This document shows positions 56,242 to 64,000 of a stretch of 64,000 nucleotides of DNA, in pieces. The stretch lies in contig OX597817.1 in assembly GCA_951406725.2 (NCBI GenBank), positions 175,150,001 to 175,214,000 of the forward strand, given 5' to 3'. Below the pieces are notes generated by a model that had not been told where the DNA came from, made no database searches, and saw only the letters and a program-made list of their open reading frames with translations. Source of the DNA: Octopus vulgaris (Eukaryota). Each line of letters opens with the position of its first letter. Position 1 is the first letter of the stretch. The position numbers and the translations under genes are program-made.

Positions 56242-56570
56242 GTAACATTGGCTTTGGTCTGGCTGCCCTCCTCCTCCTCCTCCATTTCAATAAAAAAAGT
56301 GAAAATTAGTGTAATGGCTATTGATTCACCTCTTAGTGAAATTAATTGCTACTCCACTTGGAACCTTTTCACAGATTATGAAAACTGACCCCGATTTTAA
56401 AAAAAATCAAGGAATTTTACACTCCGTATTTATTAGCTTTTGATATGCATGGCTTCCTTTAGTTTTATATATTTGTAAACACCTGGCAAAAATACAAAGA
56501 AACACATTTGCTGTTTCTTTTTTTTTTTCCAATTGATTTACACTATTGCTTTGTTTTACACACACACATG

Positions 56571-56633
<63 letters not shown>

Positions 56634-56899
56634 GCATCACTTTAGTTTAAAGACAAAATTACACAGCGGATTAAATGTTAATTAATTTCATTTATTTAAT
56701 TACTTATGCCTCAAACTATATATGAATAAAGAGAGAATTCTTTTTACTTTTTTCAAAGATATAAGTCTAAATATGAAACTTTAAAATTAGCTTAAGGAAA
56801 TTTTTACAATATCATGCCACAGAGATGAATATCACTTAATTTAAGAACATTTAAAACATCTACAATTACTTGTTTTTCAACAAAATGGAATACGTGTAT

Positions 56900-57800
56900 T
56901 AAAGACTAAGAAGAATAAAATCAAATGGCATTAAAACAAGATTCGTGCTTGGAATTTCTGAACACTGAATCCTATCTATAAAGCATTGAATCTATGTGCT
57001 TGTTAATTTGATTACCTAGATTTATTTTCCATTTTTCGACTCTATAATCGTACAGTTCACTCAATTTCCTGGATCTCAGCCTACTTCTACAAGTTTTCTC
57101 TCTGATATAATTCTGAGGATTGTGCTAATCACTATGACACTTAGATTTTCTTGCTGTTGATGAATGCATTGACTATTTCTGTGGCATGCTGGGGATTGCT
57201 GTGATGCTGAAAAGTTCACAACTGGTCCAAATGACTTTAAATATATGGACAGATAGTCTTTGTCAAGCTCCCCATATAGGCTGTACTGTCCATAATGCTC
57301 TTGATCTGATGTGTAGGACCAACATGTTTCCTAGACATTCAAACATTACCACCACCATTCTTAGTTGTCAAATTCTTGCACTTTGGGTGAAATTCTTCTC
57401 CTGTATGTCATTCATTGACACGTATCTCAGCTGAACAAATTTAAATCCAACTGATCTGTTCATAAGATTTTTGACCAGCCCGTTGACATCTAATTCTCAT
57501 TTTCCTGAATGAACTGAATGTGGGCATATAAGTTTTCCAGAGAAATGTGTAGATTTTTAAATGCTCATCTACTACAATACCATACTACTTTAGTAAACTT
57601 TTGATGACTGAGATGCCAGTCTTAATGCACTATTTCTGTCAAATGCCACTGAATGTGTTAGCCCATCCTTTTAGTAGTCATACAGCTGTCCTGACCTTGG
57701 GCAGCCGGAGTGGCCATCAATGTCATCGAAGATATCCACAGCATTACAAGTGACTGAGTGCCACTTTCAGCAGCTACAGCTTAAAATGTTCATTCCAGCC
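56900..57800 (-). mobile_element. Possible highly decayed Tc1-like transposase relic
   Basis: Minus-strand AQSSELISE near 57100-57127 loosely resembles WP.QSPDLNPIE, preceded by a QQ motif; boundaries are approximate. Confidence 0.3.
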
Positions 57801-60789
57801 TCTACAGTTGGACAATCTCTGATGACAATCGTTTTCATTTACCCATCACAACAGATTTTCAGATGATATAAACAAATGACCATTAATAGTTTAGGTGCAA
57901 TATTGAATATTAAGATTAAAATACTTAACATAATTAGCTTACACTTAAGACTAAGCTAAGTGATGCCATTGCATATACATATACACAAACATGCACACAC
58001 ACACAAACAAGTGTAACTATATATATATATATATACACACACACACTTGCATAGACACACAAACACACACACATTCACACGCACACACACAAACACACAT
58101 ACATGTATAAACATTTATGTGTATATATATATTTGTATATCTATACATGCATATATGTAATTTGTCATCCATATAAAATACTGTTGCTTCCGTATGCGTA
58201 TGTATGAATGATTGTGTGCGTGCATGCAGGCGTGCGTGCAACATGTGCTTTTTCCACTGCTGATGTATAATTTCTCACTATTTTGTCATTTATGTTTTTT
58301 TTTTTATTATTTGATCTTAAAGAAAGGGAGATGAATTTTAAAATCTTTTTCAAGTTGAATTTTCTTTTGGGGAAATATTTTTATTGGTGTCTGTAATAAA
58401 ATATTCTGTTATGAATCAGGGGCCGGAAAAAGAGGGAATTTATCGATAAAGTTCATTTACCCATTGTATCCTGAAACTTAAACCTTCAGCCTTCTAGCTT
58501 GCTTTGCTTTGTAGCTTATTCATTTTCACCTTTGTATTTCATTGGTAGAATTAAATGTTGTCATTGCCATTATTAACCTCTTTGGATGTTAATAATTATT
58601 AACATCTTTGGATTAGAGATTAGCTCTCCATTGAATCAAGCTTGGTTTTGATTCCCAGTTTGGAACCATTTCACCCTTTCTGTAAAAAGCCTCAAATTAA
58701 CATCATTGCTATAGACATCTTAAAATATATTTTTCTCCTTTGCCGACACAAATTTAAATGAGTGAGTCTGGGCAGAACAGGATGCTTAATGTAGAAACAA
58801 AAAATTATGAATAAGGACCAGATAAAATGCTTATTAAAGGGATTAAAGAGGCAGTGGTTATATTGTGTCAGTATATATTTGTTGTGTGAGTTCACAACCA
58901 AATTTCTATATCCAGTTACAACTATTTTAGTTGACCGATACACAATTTCTTTGGAAGAGTCAACAAAGTTTCAAATGCTACTTCTGTTTCAGACACCTTA
59001 CCTGTCTCTCACAAAATATATATATGAAAGACCCTGACATTGTTACTGTACATGAGGTCTACTCATACTAGGTATCACAATCTTCTGATCTTAGAAAAAC
59101 TTCCTTTTGTTGAATAACAATAGGTTCATTACAGAAAAAAAGACAAATATAAAATCACTGTTTTTTTTTTCTTCAAAATAAGAAATGGTTGTTATCATAT
59201 TTTGCTTTTTCTCTTTTTAAACCATAGAATCAAGGATTTAAAATTGTATATTAGCTCTTGTTTTCATCAGAGGGTGGTGAAAAAACAATATCTCTGTGAA
59301 ATCCTTGGTTATTCTTTATGTGTCACCTGAAATGTAAATTAACAGCTCACAGATGCATTCATAAAAGAAAGAAACCATATAACTACCCATTGTGATATTT
59401 CTTTGTCTGCAATAAGTTCCATAACAAAACTCAGAACTTTTCATATGGAAGAGAAATCATACCATTATGTCATTATGTATCAATGGTATTTCATCCTCTT
59501 GTGGAACTTCCATAACTCACAAATGTATGCTTGCCAGAGAGAAACTAAAAAACTGTGATGACTTTCATAAATCATATTTGACAAAAGCACCTTGACTACT
59601 CATTGAATATGCTGAGGAGTATGAATGTATTGTGTAAAGTCTGTGGTAAATGTTGTTTGATTACCTTAACTTGACACATTGTTTCATACAGTGGAGAGCT
59701 CGTAACTCTGAGAATTGCAGCAAATCATTCTTATAAAAGAAAAAGAAAAGAAAAAAAAGAAAACAACCCTACAAGTGCGTGTTTATGCTCTTGATTGACT
59801 GTATAAATGTCAAACTTGATTCTATAAAAAATAATTTCCATATAAAATAAGACATTTTGAAAATGGAACAGTTTTATTAAGAAAGCATTTGAACATGTGA
59901 TTGTGAGAATATGGTTAATGTAATTCTGTATAGATATGGCACAAGTTTACGTACATGAGGCAATACATGTGCAACTGTATGTATAATATATGGAAGTGCA
60001 TCTATATGTGTAAATGTTATAATATGTGCATGTAGCAGTATGTGTGTGTGTTTTCATAATATAATGTATACTCTGAAGAGTGTTTGCATTTATGTGTAAG
60101 TTTTTTTTTTATTGGGTTTTAATGATTTTGCTGCTGCTGTTGCCATGTTGTTCTGCTGCTGTTATTGTGTTTTATATCATAAGCCTTATACATGTTTTCC
60201 CATGCTGGCATTAGCTTTGTATGGATTGTCATGGCCTGTGTCCTCTTGCACACACAGCTATGGAATATATCAGCTGATTTTGGTATTGTATGTCATATAG
60301 TGTAAGGGTGCATTTCATCATGCCACCTGCAATAAAGAGGTGATCCAGTGTAAGGTAGATTAAAGTTCCCTCTATATTGTTAGTGCTTGTTTGGAGTAAC
60401 CACCTTTTTTTTTTAAGGCAGGTAGCCTGTGATGTGTGTCCAAGAGGGCAGCCATGTCTGTTTAAGAGAAGTCATGAACTTAGAACTCTGTGAGCAATAT
60501 GACTTGTGTCTCTGTTATATGTTCCATTTTGGGGTGTATTTTCTACAGCTGGATATCCTTATCATATGCTGCTCACTGATTTTATAATATGAATACAGAG
60601 AGTTTTTTTGCTAAATTTGACAATTTATATAAAAGGAATAGAAATCGCAGTATCCCATCCAAAAATAAAAGTATTTTAAAAATCAAAAAGTATCAACTAG
60701 ATTTGGGGGATAATAGTTTATTCAAAGCAGCCACCCTCAGCTTCCACCACCACCACCACCACCACCATCACCTCAACTCTGGAACTTAG

Positions 60790-61492
60790 TGCATGCATTC
60801 CTCATGTATCCCTGGGAAGATCTTCAAACACCTCCTTGATCTTGGCCCCAACTTGGCCTTGGTGTTGCAGGCAGTGATTGGTGTCTTTCTCAACCGCACC
60901 TCGCTCATAATAATACATAGGATTACAACTGGGAGAATTAGGAGGCCAGAAATTAGGGCTGGTGAAGTCACAGAAATTCTCTGACAGCCATTTCTTACTC
61001 TTTCCAGAAGTATGGCAAAAATCTTGCTGCCACACATATGGCCTTTCAGCAACAACCCTCTCCAGCCAGGATTTGACTACAGTCTCCAGTAACTTCACAT
61101 AATTGTCTGAATTGAAACTAAGGCCCTGTTCAATGATGTGGTGATAAAAATCCCAACATGCAGACATAGTCAGAACATCTGTTGTGTCTCTTCCTGCTGG
61201 CCATGGTTTCATAGTATCTGTGTAGCAGTAGTCCATGTCATGTCTCACTGCCTTTACAATGTTTCCAGGTCATGGAACAACAGTCATATTATTGTCGTTT
61301 TGATGCCCAATGTAAGCCATCATGGTACAAGTAACTCTTTTCTAATATTCAAATAGTTTCCAGTCCTAACTTTTTCTCAACTACAACTTTAATCTTTATG
61401 CTCTCCAATGCCTTTTACTCTTCACCATTACATCAAACTGTTGCTGAAAAAGGAAGGCATCACAAAATCTTCAAACCTAGCCCAAACACCCT

Positions 61493-61495
<3 letters not shown>
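60790..61495 (-). mobile_element. Tc1/mariner-superfamily transposase relic
   Basis: ORF 60802..61248 contains RPYVWQQD..HTS..KWLSENF.DF.SPNFWPPNSPSCNPM.YY; a TIR-like end CACCCTG lies near 61488-61494. Confidence 0.8.
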
Positions 61496-61524
<29 letters not shown>

Positions 61525-62539
61525 ATGCAGTCATCTTTAACTAATATAGTATAAGATATGTTTTTACATAAGGCAAAGAGTATCCCTAATTTCTTTTTAC
61601 TTTGTCAGTGAAACCAATTGCAGCTTATAATATAAAGTAATATAAATATATAAATATGAATATGTATTTTAGTGGTCACAAATGTAATTCAAATTTGTTT
61701 ACAAGATGTACTGGCTTCTATATGACTTGTGTGTAAAGTAGCATGGCTATTGCTTCACAGTAAATACATTTATCATTCTGTTCAACAAATATCTTGGAAA
61801 GTTTTTGGTTTGCTGAATGCATGGAGCTCCTACCAAAGCCTACTGCAACTTAGAGTTATAATTAATAACAAAAAGGAACAGCTAAAAGTTAATAGCAGTG
61901 AAATTTTAAAGCAGTTTGTTAATTACTTTTGTATTAATGTATTGAAGACATTTGCAGTATATATATATATTTAAAAAAACCATTGAATTTTGTATTTCTT
62001 TTCCTAATTGGGCAACTAATCAGAATCTTTGTTGATTACTTCAGGACATTGGGGACATGTAAAATCTGGCAAGTGACATAACTTTCAGCTAATCCACTTA
62101 CTTCCAACATAGTTGCAGATATGATCTGCAGGTTCTTAGTTAAGGAAATATTTCCAGATGATGGCTTATTCGTCTAAATAAAGCTAATTTAATGTGTGTG
62201 AGTCACTTTTCAGTCACTGGTCTCATATATCAGTGACGATGGATTTTATCTTAGCATGCAGCTGTCAATGGTTTCATGCTGTTGATGAGGCTCAAGGAGG
62301 CAGAAATTTGCATCATGCATTATCACTACTGCTGTTGGTTCATTTTCACCTGCTACTGATATTTGATACAGTACATCTCTAATAGATATTATTTTCTGAT
62401 GAAGATAACAACTTAATTTGGCTTTTCAAGATGTCTTTGCACAAATTGAGATATATATATATATATGTATATTTGTATATATATATGTATTTATCTATAC
62501 GTGTATATCTACATACATATTTTTCTGTGTTTATATCCA

Positions 62540-64000
62540 TCCATCCACCCATCTTTTCTACCTACTATTCCTGGTAGAGTTGTTTGGGTAGAGTCCTCAA
62601 TTGCCTCTTCCATAGGGTCTTATCAGAAGCAACATTATCATACTTTCTGGATGGTTCCCAAGCGTGACCAGCTGAGATTATGTATATCATCCAGCCGTCT
62701 CATTCTTGGTCTATCCCTATGACTCCTGCCAACAAGCAGGAGTCATAGGGATTCTTGCAATTCTTTCCTGAAGCATTCTAATCACATTTGTAGTGCCTGA
62801 GCTGGGTCCTCTCAATGCAGAGAAATTGTAGCTTGACCTGGAGAGACCCCCTAATCTTCTGATTGCGCACCCTGTTGAGTAATATTTCTCCAGAGATCCT
62901 TTGAGGGAACCCTATTTTGGCTGCTTTTATTTGTGATCATATTCTTTCAGTGATTGCCGAACGTTGATGACCATAGATGAAGATAGGCATTGAAACTAAG
63001 CTGAAGATAGCAAGTTAGACCTTTTACCAACCTCCCTCCTCTGAGAATCATATGCTAGAGCTGGTTGCAGTTTTAGCAGCCAATTCAACCTCCTGCCTTC
63101 GATCACTCTTGAATATAGCCCTGAGATACACTTCTCCACTTGTCTCAGTGATGGTCCACTAACATCACTGGGAATATTTTTTTTTTTGAGAGATTTAATG
63201 TTTAAATCTTTGCAACACTAATTTTCATCCCTGCTCTGCAGCACTCAACAACAAACCCATTCAGTACATGCTGAGTATCACCTTCTGATGAGCCAAGTAA
63301 CACTATGTCATCAGCTGACTAATCCTATACCCACATGTCAATCCAGTTCACAAAAATTGTTAAAGAGACTGGTGACACTATGCACCCCTGCTGAAGTCCA
63401 ACTTCCATGTTGAGAGCTTTTGAATCAGTACTAACTATTTACCTGAAAACATACATCTGGGCATTTGCGTAACGACTTCACGGCAATCAGAAGTTGTCCA
63501 TTAATTCCAAACTCCTGTAGAACCCTCCACAGCATGTCCCATAGTCCATTGTCATATGGTTTTTCAAAGTCTACAAAGGAAGGGCACACCTCTTGGCAAT
63601 ATTCCTATGATTTCTTGAAGACTTGCTTTAGAGCGAATATCTGGTTAGTTGTGCTGCTTCCAGGACAGAAGTCACATTGTTCTTCCGATAGCATGGGCTG
63701 GGCAACTTCCCTACATCCCTTTCCTAGATACCTGATGTACACTTTACGAGTGAGGCTCAGAAAGGAAATTCATTTATAATTAGCAACTCTCTCTTTTCAC
63801 CCTGTTAAAAAATTGGGATTATAACTCCAGTTTGCTGTTGCTTTGCTGTTTACCAGTGATCCAAGTCAGCTGGCATACATAAGTCAGCCAGAGAATATGT
63901 TCTCTATATAAAGTTTTTAACATGAGTCCGAATTTCATCCTCCCCTGTGGCCTTGCCACATTTAAGCACTTCTCTCACCTTTATGACTAGTCATTGTTCC
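62540..64000 (-). mobile_element. Decayed RTE-like LINE reverse transcriptase
   Basis: Minus-strand remnants FVDFEKPYD (~63550-63577), GLQQGCIVSP (~63370-63400) and ADD (~63307-63315); a (GGAT)n tail near 62537-62547; multiple stops. Confidence 0.65.

Noticed and set aside
56082-56285. Minus-strand acidic ORF MEEEEEGSQ...
   Set aside because: Antisense shadow of exon J and its (CCT)n runs.

Overview
AT-rich eukaryotic DNA dense in microsatellites; the SINE/LINE content looks like Octopus or another coleoid cephalopod (inference, not a database result). The + strand carries a spliced tau/MAP2/MAP4-family microtubule-binding protein gene that the ORF track mostly misses. Ten phase-compatible exons (21794-56241, 1019 nt) encode seven KxGS/RxGS...PGGG repeats, plus a split upstream repeat and a degenerate last repeat. 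Two exons (82 and 113 nt) match the sizes and phases I recall for human MAPT exons 11 and 12. Four 90-nt phase-0 repeat exons follow, two of them from a visible ~1.1 kb tandem duplication. The introns and upstream region hold seven mostly foldback elements, each with a minimal type I hammerhead-ribozyme fold of the kind known from Penelope-like element ends. Their cores covary at the 3-8 pair (C-G, U-A, G-C). Also present: CR1-type LINE fragments embedded in (TA)n, several SINE families (one nested with a 15-bp TSD), Tc1/mariner, hAT and piggyBac-type MITEs or relics, a Helitron-like end and an RTE relic. The start and stop of the tau-like gene are not securely identified. All structures were read by eye and none were computed.
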